Below, piece after piece: positions 26,239 to 37,421 of a stretch of DNA of 64,000 bases. Every line of letters starts with the position of its first letter. Position 1 is the first letter of the stretch. The translations under genes and the position numbers were made by a program. Under the pieces are notes generated by a model. The model saw only the letters and a program-made list of their open reading frames with translations, made no database searches and was not told the DNA's origin. Source of the stretch: Moniliella sp. 'wahieum' (Eukaryota); NCBI GenBank assembly GCA_003971905.1, contig RSEE01000122.1, positions 62,001-126,000 of the forward strand, given 5' to 3'.

Positions 26239-27269
26239 ATGCCGCCCGACACGCCCGCCCTCAAGATCCTCCTCATTGGTGTGCGTCCCATGTGTCCTTG
26301 CTTGTGCTTGTGCTTAGCTCGTGCTCGCGCCTAGCTCGTGCCGCTGCTGTGTGCTGACCCCCCTCCCCAGTCGGCTGCCGTCGGCAAGTCCTCCTTGCTC
26401 ATCCGCTTTACCGACGGCGAATTCCTCCCTGAGGAAGAGGCCAGCGCGACCATCGGCGTCGACTACAAGACCAAGATCGTGACTGTGGACGAGAAACGGT
26501 TTAAGCTCTGCATCTGGGACACTGCTGGCCAAGAGAGATACCGCACCCTCACCCACACCTACTACCGCTCCGCCAACGGCGTCATCCTCGGTACGTCTCC
26601 CCGATTGCCTTTCCCCCTCGGCTAGCTACCGCGCCTCTTGCCTCTGAGGTCCACGTTAACCCCCCCCCCCGCCTTTTGCCACTTATCCTAGTGTACGACG
26701 TGACCGACCGCGCGAGCTTTACCTCGCTCCCGACCTGGTTCAAGGAACTGGAGACCTTCTCAACGAACATGACTGCCGTCAAGATTGTCGTGGGCAACAA
26801 GGTGGACGAGGTACGTGAGGTGCCAGAATTCCCCCCCTACCCTATTCTTTCCTCGCTTGCAGCGTACACTGTGGCAGAGGCATGCTTACTAACCGCTGTC
26901 CCCCTGTTCGATGTGGAATGTTGATTCGATGTGCGATGTGCGATGTGCGATGTGCGATGTGCGATGTGCGATGTGCGATGCTGGATTCGATGCGACGCCG
27001 CAGGGAGCGGCGCGAACCGTGTCGACGGAAGAAGGGCAAGCGCTAGCGACCAAGTACGGCTGTGCCTTTCTCGAGACGAGCGCCAAGGAAGGGGAGAATG
27101 TCGAGCGGGCCTTCGAAGCGTTAGTGAGGGACATTGTTGTCGCTCGGCAATCTGCTCCTCCTGTCCCGCCTGGCTCTGGCTCCGGATCAGGATCAGGGGC
27201 CGGCAACAACTCTCAACCTATCAACCTGGCCCAACCGGCTCTGGGTACTTGTCATCCTGTTCGTGCTAA
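26239..27269 (+). CDS. Rab family GTPase, Rab18-like
   Basis: [52 protein letters not shown]-terminal CSC prenylation motif; three introns; frameshift near 27238. Confidence 0.88.
26927..26980. repeat. (CGATGTG)7 heptamer tandem in Rab intron
   Basis: Directly visible. Confidence 0.95.
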
Positions 27270-27742
27270 TTCCCTCACGCGCCTCACGCCACCAAGTCCG
27301 CGGGCGCAGCACAGCGGCCCAGCTCCAAGGCATAGGGCAAGGGACCTGCACCCGCACCCCGCCGTGCCGTTCCATGCCGTTCCGTTCGTTCGCTCGTTCG
27401 CTCGTTCGTGTACCGGTCCGGCGCGGTTGGGCGCGGTGGCTGATCGGTCTATAGAACCCTTGCTCATACCCCGCTGTCATCGACCCATCTTCCTCGTAAT
27501 ATGTACATTCGATTGCTTTGCTTTGATTTGATTTGGTTTGGCTTGGTTTGGTGGGCTCGAGCTGGCTTGCCTTGGCTTGCCGGGGCTTTGCGTAGCGTAG
27601 CGTAGCGTGGCCTGGCTGGGTGAGGTTTGGCAGGGATTGCGTCCGTCTGCCTTGGGCTTGGGTCAGGCGGGTTGGGAGACGGGGCGCGGGCCGTTCGAGG
27701 TTGAGGTACGTGCGCCAGGCACGTGGCGAGTTGGAGTTGGAG

Positions 27743-28530
27743 TTAGAGACCAGCTACCAACTCCATTTGTCGGTCGAAGGCTTGGCTGCGGATGGGCCGG
27801 GCAGTGATGGCACGCGAACCCTCGGTGCCAGATACAAGCGCAAGCTGCGAAGGCAGGTCATTGAACGGGTTGGAAATGTAGCGCAAGTAGGTGTGGTAGA
27901 TCCCGCGGAACACCTACAAGTTGGTCAGCGTACCATGCACACTCGGCTCAGCAGGGGGGTAAGCAGGGAAAGGGGGAAGGGGGCAAGGGCGCACGAGGGA
28001 GAGCGCGCGCGGCGGGGGAGGGGGGGAGAACGTGGACGTACAGTGATCATATCCAGGTCACGCACCACCTGGCCCGAAGTGACCAAGACCATGACAATGA
28101 TCTTGAGCTTGGTACACGTTGGAACCCGTACACAGCTACATCCTCCTGCGTAAACAGTAGTCCCAAGTACTGTTCCACCTGCTTGTGCGCGGTGGTCATC
28201 AAGGTCGTCAGTACCTGCTTGCTACCTTCTCGGCACCCCAAGTATCCAAGTGTCCAAGTGTCCAAGTGTCCGCTCCCCACCGGTAGCCGTGGCGTGGAGG
28301 AAAGGGTGCGGAGACGGGGAGGGGGGGGAGGGGGCTTACTTCGTTCGGCAATCACGTCGAGAGAGCCGTGGACGAGAAAGTTGGTCTTGAGCTCTGCCTC
28401 GGCATCGGAGGCAAAGTTGCGCGTAGAGCGGGACATTGTCCGGCGCGACGAGGGCAATGCTATGCTGGGAGCGGGGACGAGGGGGAGTCAGCGGCGGCGA
28501 GCTGGGAAGGGAAGGGGAGGGGGGCACATA
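27743..28530 (-). CDS. Sedlin-family TRAPP subunit, TRAPPC2L/Tca17-like
   Basis: SIALVAPDNVPLY, LKTNFLVHGSLDVIAER, QYLGLLFTQEDVAVYGF, KLKIIV, FRGIYHTYLRYISNPF; multiple introns; start uncertain. Confidence 0.75.
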
Positions 28531-28859
28531 GAGTGTCAACGTGTCAACTACGCACAATTTTGTCCATCGTACCGGTTGGATGAGGCAGAGATGGTGGTGG
28601 TGGGTTAGGCAAACCCGACCCCACGCCAACACGGTACGTGGCAACTGTCAACTGGCAACGTTCAACGTTGAATATGAATAGGGTGCCTCCTGTTCGGATT
28701 TATTATTAGCTAGCGCGGCTGCGTGGAGGGTTGTGGGGATTAAGCGTGTGGATTCTTCTGCGATTCAGCAGGCGTTCTTTTACATGTGTGGGGGGGGCTA
28801 CAGCGTTGGTCTTTGGTGCTCGTGATCGAGCGCACGCTGTCCTACTGTGCTAGGCCATC

Positions 28860-30283
28860 CTACGCGCTTGGAGTCGGCGTGGGCGGGTGCGCAAACAAGT
28901 CTTCCCCTGTCCCGACAGTTCCCTGGCCAAAGAAGGCCTTTTGTTCTGCGCACACCGGGTTGGTGCACCCAGGACAACGTAGCTGCATCTGCCGACTCGT
29001 CCTTCCTTGGCTCCACGGTTCGTTGGCCAAGCCCGGCTGCCCCTCCAAGCCAGAAAGGTGCGCCGTGACCAGGTCGGCCAGCGCGCGCGGATAAAGGTTG
29101 GTTCGTCGTTGAGTGACTCGACGCGATGTAGCGTCATGCCATGCTGTCACAGTTGACTTTTGGTCAGTCAAGTCCCAGAGGGCAGGTTCAAGGCAAAGCA
29201 GAAGCGGGTAGGAAGAGACGGGGAGACAGACGTACCTCCTTGGCCTCTTCGACCAGTTCAATGTCTAGCTCGTAGAGCGTCTCGATGTGGTCCTGCGTAA
29301 ATGCAATCGGCACCGCAAGCGCATGCTTGTACCCCTGCCGAGCGAAGCCTTGGACAGACATGCTAGTTTGAGGACCGAGCCAAGCCGAGGGCCCGACCTG
29401 ACTCTGCCATGTGACGCGGTACGGGTTGCGGTGGCCGAGTTGCTGCATCACAGCCTGGACTGTCGCAGCCACTTCGGCCGGGTAGGGGTCGCCGCGGTCC
29501 GAAACGATGGACATGGGCAACGAGTGCGCCGAAAACAGAATGGGAACACTCTCCTTTTCCTTCTCGGGAATCGGTAGCGCAGATAACGCAGCTTGAATCC
29601 GATTGGTAAACGCTTGGACCAAGCCGGGGTGGGCAGGCCACCGATCAATCACGCTCCACTCAATCTGTTCCGCCGCCTTGTCCCCAGCTTGGACACGCGC
29701 ACGTAGCTGGCGGTACAGCTCATTAAGGTTGCTTCCCGTGGTGGAACAACTGTACTGCGGGTACTGGGTAAACGCCACTGCTCTCCGCACCCCATCGCGC
29801 GCCATTTCATCCAACGCTTCTTCCGTCAAAGGACGCGCGTAGCGGAACGCCGTATAGGCTTTGTGCGGCGCCGTGCTCGGGTGCAGCTCGTCCAGAAGCT
29901 GCGCCATCTGCTTCCCTTGCAGCTCGGTCCAGCGTCGGATGGGCGAGCCACCACCAATCGCCGCGTACTGCCCTTCGATCTTGGGCGTACGCCGACGCGC
30001 AATCAGTGGCGCAATCCGTTTCTGGAACGGGAGCGGGATCAGCTCGCGGTCATGGAACAGACGCGAGAGAAAGTCCCCGACCTCAGCGAGCGTCGAAGGT
30101 CCGCCCATGTTCATCAGCAGCACCGCGGTCGGCGGACGCGGAGGGTGCGGCGGGACTGGCAGGACCGGCAGGACTGGCGGTGCTAAGACGGCGACGGAGC
30201 AAGGGGAGCGTGGGCGGCACGCAGGGGCCTGCACGTGGCGCGGCCAACAGCGCGGCGCCCATCCGAGGCGTCAGGTGCATCAT
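28860..30283 (-). CDS. HEM15: Mitochondrial ferrochelatase
   Basis: [70 protein letters not shown]-terminal CPGCTNPVC; intron 29144-29235. Confidence 0.96.
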
Positions 30284-30732
30284 CGCCGGCGAGAAGGGCG
30301 ACGAGAGAGGAGATGGTGGTGGGGAAGGGAGGCGCGGCCTGTGTCTGCGTCGGCGACCCACGCAGCTGCAACCCAACCAGCAGGAAAAAGCGTCCGGCGG
30401 TCAGTCGGCGTTAGTGTGGACGCCGAATAGCCTGGCTGGGTGCTTCGTGCGACATGTCACCGGTCACCCTGGTCACCCACCACCAGCCTCTCGATTACCG
30501 CCGCCGATCGCAGCCTCGAAATCAGCAATTCCTAATCAAATGCGCCCCGCGGAATCCCACCCCCATTCCGCCGTGGAGGAGCAGTGGAATTTTCTTTTTT
30601 TAAGCGATGCAGCAACCCCCCCCTCGGCACGTCTACTCCTACCACCACCACCACCAACAACGACCCAGTCGGCCGCCGCCACAGCCGAGACGAGGTATGT
30701 GTATGCCCACCCCCCCCTGAGACCGCAGATGG

Positions 30733-30818
30733 AGGATGAGCACAATCATTTTATATCTGTCAATCCGCGGACGATCCGTGTAGGGTCCATGCCGATACCT
30801 TGTATCCTGGATGTCTGA
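30733..30818 (+). ncRNA. Intronic box C/D snoRNA A1 (18S guide)
   Basis: In intron 30695-30884 (GTATGT..CTGAC..CCAG); C box AGGATGA 30733-39; 12-nt guide ATCTGTCAATCC (30755-66) complementary to conserved 18S GGAUUGACAGAU; D' CGGA; D box CTGA 30815-18. Confidence 0.75.
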
Positions 30819-30954
30819 ATCCTGTTACGGCCACGCAACCCCAGCGACCGACTGACACTGACCTTCTTCTGTCTGTGCCGCCAGGTCTCCATCGCTGCAC
30901 CTCACCCTGCGCCGAATCAGTACTGGTATGTCCCTTTCTCCGCTCCCCCCCGAA

Positions 30955-31028
30955 AGGATGAGAAGTATACATTTTGGCGACGCACCGAAAGGTGGTGGGC
31001 CCCTAAATTATCTGCGTTATTGTCCTGA
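30955..31028 (+). ncRNA. Intronic box C/D snoRNA A2 (25S guide)
   Basis: In intron 30926-31108 (GTATGT..GCTGAC..TTCAG); C box AGGATGA 30955-61; guide ATCTGCGTTATTGT (31010-23) complementary to LSU ACRAUAACGCAGRU; D box CTGA 31025-28. Confidence 0.7.
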
Positions 31029-31308
31029 TCAATCCTCCCCGTTCTCGTCGCTTGCGACACTACGCGGGGCAAGCATGCTGACTCGTGACTCGTTTTGTTG
31101 TGCTTCAGACCAATCCTGCCTCTGTCATCGATCATCTTCCAAATGAATTTCTTCTATAGACAGCCAACACATCGCGAAAGAGGGAAAAAAAGTGGACGTA
31201 GCTGTGGCCAGTAGTGCAAGACCGTGTCCTCCTTACTCACAGAACCATGCTTGCACCGTATAATAACACCTTGCCGGCTGGGATACGAGGGGCAAACCGA
31301 TTCCCCTG

Positions 31309-32992
31309 TTACGGCCCCATCTCCAGCCGCACCGACAAAAACATCTTCTGTGCCGATGTCTCCAGCCCATGCGGCAGCGGGAGGGAGAACATGCGGTCAA
31401 AGAGGAGTTGACGCCAATCGCGTGCCGCTTGGGCACACAATGCGTCCCTTGGTGGGCCTCTCGCCCTCGCGTAGCTGCCGCCACACTGCCGACGGCTGTG
31501 GCGGACCGGAGCTGAGGCACGCGCGGTACCCGCGTTCCCACGTGTCCTGCAACACGCGTGCACATGCCTGAGCATGCGTGCAGGTCGGGTGACATTCAAA
31601 GTCCCGCATGGGACAGGTAAGACCGAGCTTGAGCAAGCGCTCGAGGAACCAGGATCGCTTGCGTTCCAACACGAGCAACGTGCGTGCACTCAACGTGTCC
31701 AGTTTCCCGACACCAGTCGTGCCAATGGTCCAACACGTGGCGCGACGCTTCGCGGTACACATCTGGTAGCCGATGGGTCTCGGCCATGCGCATGGCGGCA
31801 ATCGGTCGCGCAGCCAACGCTTCCCGTAAAAATTCCGACGCTTCCTGAAACAAGTAGGCGTTGCCCACCTTGTCACTAAACGCCAATAGCCCTTCCACAT
31901 CGAGCCAGGTAATGTTGATCTTGGTATGCGGGGTAGATGAAGAGGAGAAACTGCTGCACCGTGAGCGCCTTCTCGTCAGGCAAATCGATCACGGCGCGAA
32001 CCCCGGGCGGTACGGGGCCCCGACCCCGCGCTGGGCACGCAGTGCACGGACGCACGCTCATATGCTCAGCTCGCAACGACGTCCGACGACGTTTGCCCCG
32101 CCGTGCTGCGGGCGGAGAGAGGGTGAGATGCGCCATGTCCTGCACTACTCTCCCCGTGTCCGACGACGTGCGCCCACCCACCTCGTCCGACGCCGGGACC
32201 AAGGCCAGTAAATCGAGGTACCCCGCGCACGAACCAGGGGGCGTAGCTAGGGCATCCAATCGTCCCCGCGCCTCTTCTTCCGCGCCTCACCTTCCTGCAC
32301 CGAGGTCGATCGCCCGTGCCTACCCCTTCGTCCGCCTGCGAAAAGGCGCATACAGTCGATACTGTCTCGTCGGGCGGATCGTCGAGCGTGCGTGCAGTCA
32401 TGTACGATACTCTGCGCTCATGCCGCTCGTGGGGTCCCGTTTCGTCCTCGTCCTCGTCATCGTCTTCCTCGTCTCTTCCTCCTCCGCCTTTTCATCCCTC
32501 CTGCTCCACTTGCTTCCCCTTGCCCAAGTGGAGATGGGTGTCGTTGTCGTCATCAGTGGTTACGGTTGTGGCTGTGGCTGTGGCTGTGGCTGTGGTTATG
32601 GTTGTTGCTGTGGGTAAAACTTGGTTGGGGAGTGGCCGTGGTGGTCGTGATGATGCTCGTTCTTGCCCGCGCTGGTAAAGGAAGGGGTATCCTCTTCGCT
32701 CGTAGTGAGGCAGTCTCGCTCCAGGCGCCAGCCAAGAGCGACTGAAAGTAAGGCGAGGAAAAACGGAGAATGTCTTCGTGCACGTACCACTCGCGCCCAT
32801 CAGCACGGAGCAGGATCTTGCCCCTGTACTCAGCGTCAGCACGGAACGTAGGGTGAACCTCTAGCTCAGCTTCCCCGACCGGAGGGGCAGGAGGCAAAGC
32901 AGTCTCGAGCACAGGCGCACTACTGCTCACGCTCAGCTCACACCTTGCGGCGTGGCAGGCGCGCTCCACTGCGGAGTAGTAGAGTAAGTCAT
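31309..32992 (-). CDS. BTB/POZ domain protein with a long low-complexity insert
   Basis: ILLRADGREWYVHEDILRFSSPYFQSLLAGAWSE ... VIDLPDEKALTVQQFLLFIYP ... ITWLDVEGLLAFSDK ... PIAAMRMAETHRLPDVYREASRHVL; frameshifted. Confidence 0.75.
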
Positions 32993-33624
32993 GGTCACCG
33001 CTGCGTCGGACGTGCTTCCCCCTACCGAGGGGAGGAGGTAAGCCCGGGACCGACGACGACGTTCCCGTCGCGTTTGGCCCACAAGCCCCGTCGCAGCGGC
33101 CACTGGCTGGGCTTGGGAGCCACTGGCCTGCCCAAGCGATAGGTGGCCAACGGTCGGGCAGAGGAACCGCCAGCCAGAGCTATGCCCTCGGTGGGCGTGA
33201 CGCGGATCCGGAACTCGTCCCGACGAGGAGGTTCGTTTCAATCGGCTGCTCGTCGCGCGCGTCCATCGAGCACGGTGGCGGTGGGGGGCGCAAGAGGCGG
33301 CGGCGGCGCGGTGGGGGGCGCCAACGGGGGTGGGGTCACCGGTCACACGTCACACATCCACGTCACACGGGAGGCGATGATTCGATGATTAATGATTCCG
33401 TCACGTGATGGCAGACCATTCCGCCTCCCCTCCGAGCACGTCTTAGACGCTTCACTTAATCTTGACGGGACTGCGGCCCCCCATCGGTGGCTGCTAGCAT
33501 GAGCGACGCTGCTGCCATCCTCCCACTGCCATGCCCCATCCCCACGCGGGCGCTGCTGCCCCCACCGCCACCGCCACTACCACCGCACTACCGCTACCAC
33601 GGCCACCGCCCGTCCCCGTCGACG

Positions 33625-33800
33625 ATGGCGCACCAGCACCTCATTGGCCACCTACTGCCTCCCTCACTACATACCCTCCACGCAGGCGGCGAGGTGGATC
33701 TCTTCAACGTCTCCCATCCCGGCCCGTGCTGGTCTTATATCCCCGCACGGGCACGCGCGGTCAACATGCCTCGGAACCATGGGCCCGTATTCCTGGTACG

Positions 33801-33832
<32 letters not shown>

Positions 33833-34273
33833 TTCTCCACTATCCCAACCGAGGCCACGGCGCAAGCGCATGAACCAGCTCTTGTTCCCCCCCTCTTGCC
33901 GTTAGGCGCACAGGGGTGCACGCCCATGCTCTCTTCCGTCCGCGACGGCTGGAAGGAACTGACGAAGCACGAGCCCGATCTGGCCCTGTACGGGTTATCG
34001 ACGCAATCGGCTACGGAGCAAGCTGAGGCGGGTGAAACGGCTGCGACTGCCCTTCCGCTCTTGTCAGACAACCAGTTGAACTGGACCAACCGGTTGGACC
34101 TGCCTACGTTCCACCATGACGACCAACCGTTCCTTAAACGCATGATCCTCCTCCTCCGCGGTGGACAGGTGACACGCGTCACCTACCCTGTCTACCCGCC
34201 GGACCAGACCGTTCGATTGGCCATCCCCATGCTCGTCCGGACGAACACCTCGCCCCGGACGCCTGACACGTAG
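33625..34273 (+). CDS. Peroxiredoxin-like redoxin (AhpC/TSA, BCP-like)
   Basis: LYPRTG...W.RIPG|AQGCTP, LYGLSTQS..EQAEA, LLSD, LPTF, LKRMILLL, YPVYPPD; intron 33796-33905 contains poly-C. Confidence 0.8.
33802..33832. repeat. Poly-C tract (about 31 nt) in intron
   Basis: Directly visible. Confidence 0.95.
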
Positions 34274-34470
34274 CCCAATCCACGGCCTACCGCTCTACCT
34301 GGTATATCTACCTGGTGCCAAAACCATCCTGGATCAATCTAATCATTTTCATCATTGCTTTGTCCGCCATGGCATGGGCGGGGGGTTAGAGGAAACAAGG
34401 GGATGGAGAGCAGAGCTGCAGAAAACGACAGTGGGTCAGTTAACCATGCCAAGGCGCAAAATAGTGTGGC

Positions 34471-34561
34471 TCAGTAGGAACAATTGAAGTTGATCGTCCT
34501 TGCCGCGCCTCCAAAAAGTTGCTATAGGAGGGCGGGCTGCGTCATCCCAAGTTCTCATCGT
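34471..34561 (-). ncRNA. Intronic box C/D snoRNA B2, snR41-like (18S Am541-equivalent guide)
   Basis: In minus intron 34416-34586 (GTGAGT..ACTGAC..TGCAG); C box ACGATGA; guide CTTCAATTGTTCCT complementary to 18S AGGAACAAUUGGAG with one G-U; D box CTGA 34471-74; D+5 rule hits AGG[A]AC. Confidence 0.82.
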
Positions 34562-34738
34562 TGCCCAGCTCAGGGGGAGGACTCACGAGTTACAACCAGC
34601 GGCGAGAGGGGGTGCTGCACACGATGAGCGCGAAAGGAACAAACAGGTTCTGGAACAAAAAAAACAAAACAGAAACAGCGGCCATGTCAGTACACAGGTC
34701 CCAACTGTCACACCAGGAGGAGGTAAGGAGGAGGGGGC

Positions 34739-34839
34739 TCAGAAACGAAGAATTCCTGTTTAACCGCTTCCAAAACGCGGGGCCGCAGTGCGTTGATTCA
34801 CCACGGTGCGTGTCAAGGTTGGGTTTGGATAATCATCGC
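34739..34839 (-). ncRNA. Intronic box C/D snoRNA B1, snR57-like (18S Gm1572-equivalent guide)
   Basis: In minus intron 34650-34867 (GTACGT..TACTGAC..poly-Y CCAG); C box GCGATGA; guide AGGAATTCTTCGTT complementary to 18S AACGAGGAAUUCCU with one G-U; D box 34739-42; D+5 rule hits AAC[G]AG. Confidence 0.8.
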
Positions 34840-35187
34840 GGGAAGCAAGGACGTAGGACGCACGTACAGTACACAACAGCCAACAGGAAGAGCGGGTCGG
34901 AGAGGAGGGTGGCGACGAGGATGGGGTGGTGGGCAAAGAAGAAAAACTTGCCTCGGCCGGCGCAGGCAATAAATAAAAGAAGAAAAAACCAACCCCCGGA
35001 ATGCGCAGGCTGGAAGAAGGTTTACGTAACACGCGCCCCCGAGCGGATCTGCCAGCGAGGCTGGCCTCCACCTCGGCCGCCGTTCCCGCCACCGCCACCG
35101 CCACTGCCCCTGCCACCTCCACCTCCTGGGCCTGGAGCGTCGCTGTACCATCTGCCCCGTCGCTGCTAACCCCGACTGCCTGACCCT

Positions 35188-36246
35188 ATGCTCGTTGGAC
35201 GCACGGTTGGACGCACGCTCTTTGGGCAGGTGCTTGCGCCTGCCTTGCCGGTGCTGCGGCCTGCCCCACGCCGGTACTTGATCTCCTCGGCCCCTGCGCG
35301 GAGCCAGCCGTTGCAGCCGGCGCGGCCCAAGGGCGCCCGGCGGCAACGTCGCGCCCCCTTTACCACTGCCAAAGCCAGTACGGCCACCATGGAGGGGGAG
35401 CAGAATGTGGAGTACCCGCCTTCTCTCAGTGTCTTTCTCCGTCCCGACCCGGAGTTGGACGCGCCAGCGTTGCCCTTGACTGCGTCCGTGTCGCGTGCGG
35501 CCGAGGAGGCGAATAAGATCCCGCTGTCGTACCTTGCGGTTCCGTTGGGTGTGAAGGAGAAACCGGTTCCGATGACGGGCCAGGCTATGAGCAAAATCTC
35601 GTCCATTACCGACCCGGCGAAAAAGAAGGAAGCCTTGGCCTACCAGCGTAAACTGTTGATGAAGCAAATGCGTCAACCGTACTACTACGATTTACATTCG
35701 ATGCGTTCCCACGGCGGAAAAATTTGGCGCGGTCCACCCACCATGATCAAGGAGTCTAAAGCGCTTTACTTCCCGGACGTTATGGGCGTCTCGCTCCTCG
35801 ATCGCAGCACCGTTTCCACCACCCAGTTCCTCCAGGGCAACGTGTCGGTCGTAGCTGTGCTCACGTCGCGCTTGTCCACGGACCATGTCAAGTCCTTTGT
35901 CGAACCTAACCTGGCCACCTTCCAACACAACCCTCACTTTCGCTACGTCCAGATCAACCTCCAACAAAACGCTATCAAGTCGTACCTCGTCTCGCTCTTC
36001 CTCTCTGGTCTGAGGAAAGAAACACCAGTCGAGTTCCAACATTCCTACCTGTTTGCCCGGCAAAACATGGAACTGCTCCGCCCACGCTTGGGCCTCCAAA
36101 ACCAGTACCTCGGATACGTCTTCTTGGTCGACGATCAGTGCCGCGTACGTTGGGCCGGATGCGCGTTTGCTGAGCAGGACGAACGCGATTCCCTATGGAG
36201 CTCCGTCGGCGTCCTCCTCGACCGAATCAAGCCGTCCAAAAAGTAA
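35188..36246 (+). CDS. ATP10: Mitochondrial ATP synthase assembly factor Atp10
   Basis: Intact 352-aa ORF; GGKIWRGPPTMIKESKALYFPD, YVQINLQQNAIK, LGLQNQYLGYVFLVDDQCRVRWAGC. Confidence 0.92.
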   Translation: MLVGRTVGRTLFGQVLAPALPVLRPAPRRYLISSAPARSQPLQPARPKGARRQRRAPFTTAKASTATMEGEQNVEYPPSLSVFLRPDPELDAPALPLTASVSRAAEEANKIPLSYLAVPLGVKEKPVPMTGQAMSKISSITDPAKKKEALAYQRKLLMKQMRQPYYYDLHSMRSHGGKIWRGPPTMIKESKALYFPDVMGVSLLDRSTVSTTQFLQGNVSVVAVLTSRLSTDHVKSFVEPNLATFQHNPHFRYVQINLQQNAIKSYLVSLFLSGLRKETPVEFQHSYLFARQNMELLRPRLGLQNQYLGYVFLVDDQCRVRWAGCAFAEQDERDSLWSSVGVLLDRIKPSKK

Positions 36247-37421
36247 TTTTGAGCCGGTGGGGCTTTGGAGTTGCGCGGCCAAGCACTTGTTTGCCTCTCG
36301 AACCTTACCCTTTATCCCCCACCCGGCTCCTGACGTTCACCCAACCCGCGTGAACCTTTAGACTGGACTTGGCGGCTTGCCACTTGCCACTTGCCACTTG
36401 CCGCTTCCCTCTTTCCTCTGTGAAGCTTGAAGCTTGACGTTTGACGTCGTCGAAGCAGTCCTCCTGGCGCAGGCACTCTTGGCATCTACTCACCCGTCCC
36501 CTCCCCCCCTCCCTTCCCCCCCGCGCCACCGCCGCCTTTTCCCCCATGCACATGCGATCCGTTATCTCCCTCTCCGCTTGGCCTGGTGGACCCTGTAGCT
36601 GTAGAACAGGGCGTGTTACTGCGTGGTTGTGGTTGCGGGTGCCATGCACGTCTACCCCCTCGCTATGCTGGACCTGGTGCAGTAGGTCGCGTACGACGTG
36701 CGCGGAGATAGGTGCTAGGTGCTAGGTACTGACTATTGAAGCGCAGCACACCAGGGGGGTGGAATTGTGAAAGACCGGTGACCGGTGACCGGGTGAAGCA
36801 GCCCGGAGGCAACGGCATGGGGCGGAAGCTAGGCGGAAACGCGGCCGGCTCTTTGTCCAGAGGTACCGGCCGGTGTGTCGTGCATGCCACGTGACAGTGA
36901 CCAATGCCACAACCAAGCTGGACGCAACAGGGTTGGACGTTGGTACGCGAATGCCGGAAGGAACCGGAAGACGCTCGTCCGGGGAAAGCGCCAACAGTGC
37001 CCCAGTGCCCCATCCGTCACCCCAGCTGCCCACTGATCGATTTGCCTGAACGTTGAACTTGAACGTTTGAAGATTGAACTCGCCCTGTGAACTGAACTAT
37101 CCAGGGAGCACCGTGCACGGCCCCACCGCCCGGCCCACGCGATCCTAGTCACTAGTCCCACGCTGCCCGGTACTTTCCCCCCGAGGGTGCAGGTATACCC
37201 GGTACCCCGAGCTTCCTGCCGCCCACACCAATCCTTCTCCTCGCGGTCTACCTACCTAGCCCCCTCTTCCCGTGCCCAGTGCCCGGTGCCGACGGCCAAG
37301 CAACACGCAAAAACGGAGGCATCTCATTCGTTAGAGCAACAGCACTATGCGAGCACCCCTCTGCGCCCATCGGATTGGGTCGACGGCGCTGGAGCAACGC
37401 CAGGGTAAGGTTGGCGGGACT

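Noticed and set aside
34561..35169. 202-aa Pro-rich plus-strand ORF
   Set aside because: Antisense to the snoRNA host gene and overlapping the ATP10 promoter; TTG start and no domain
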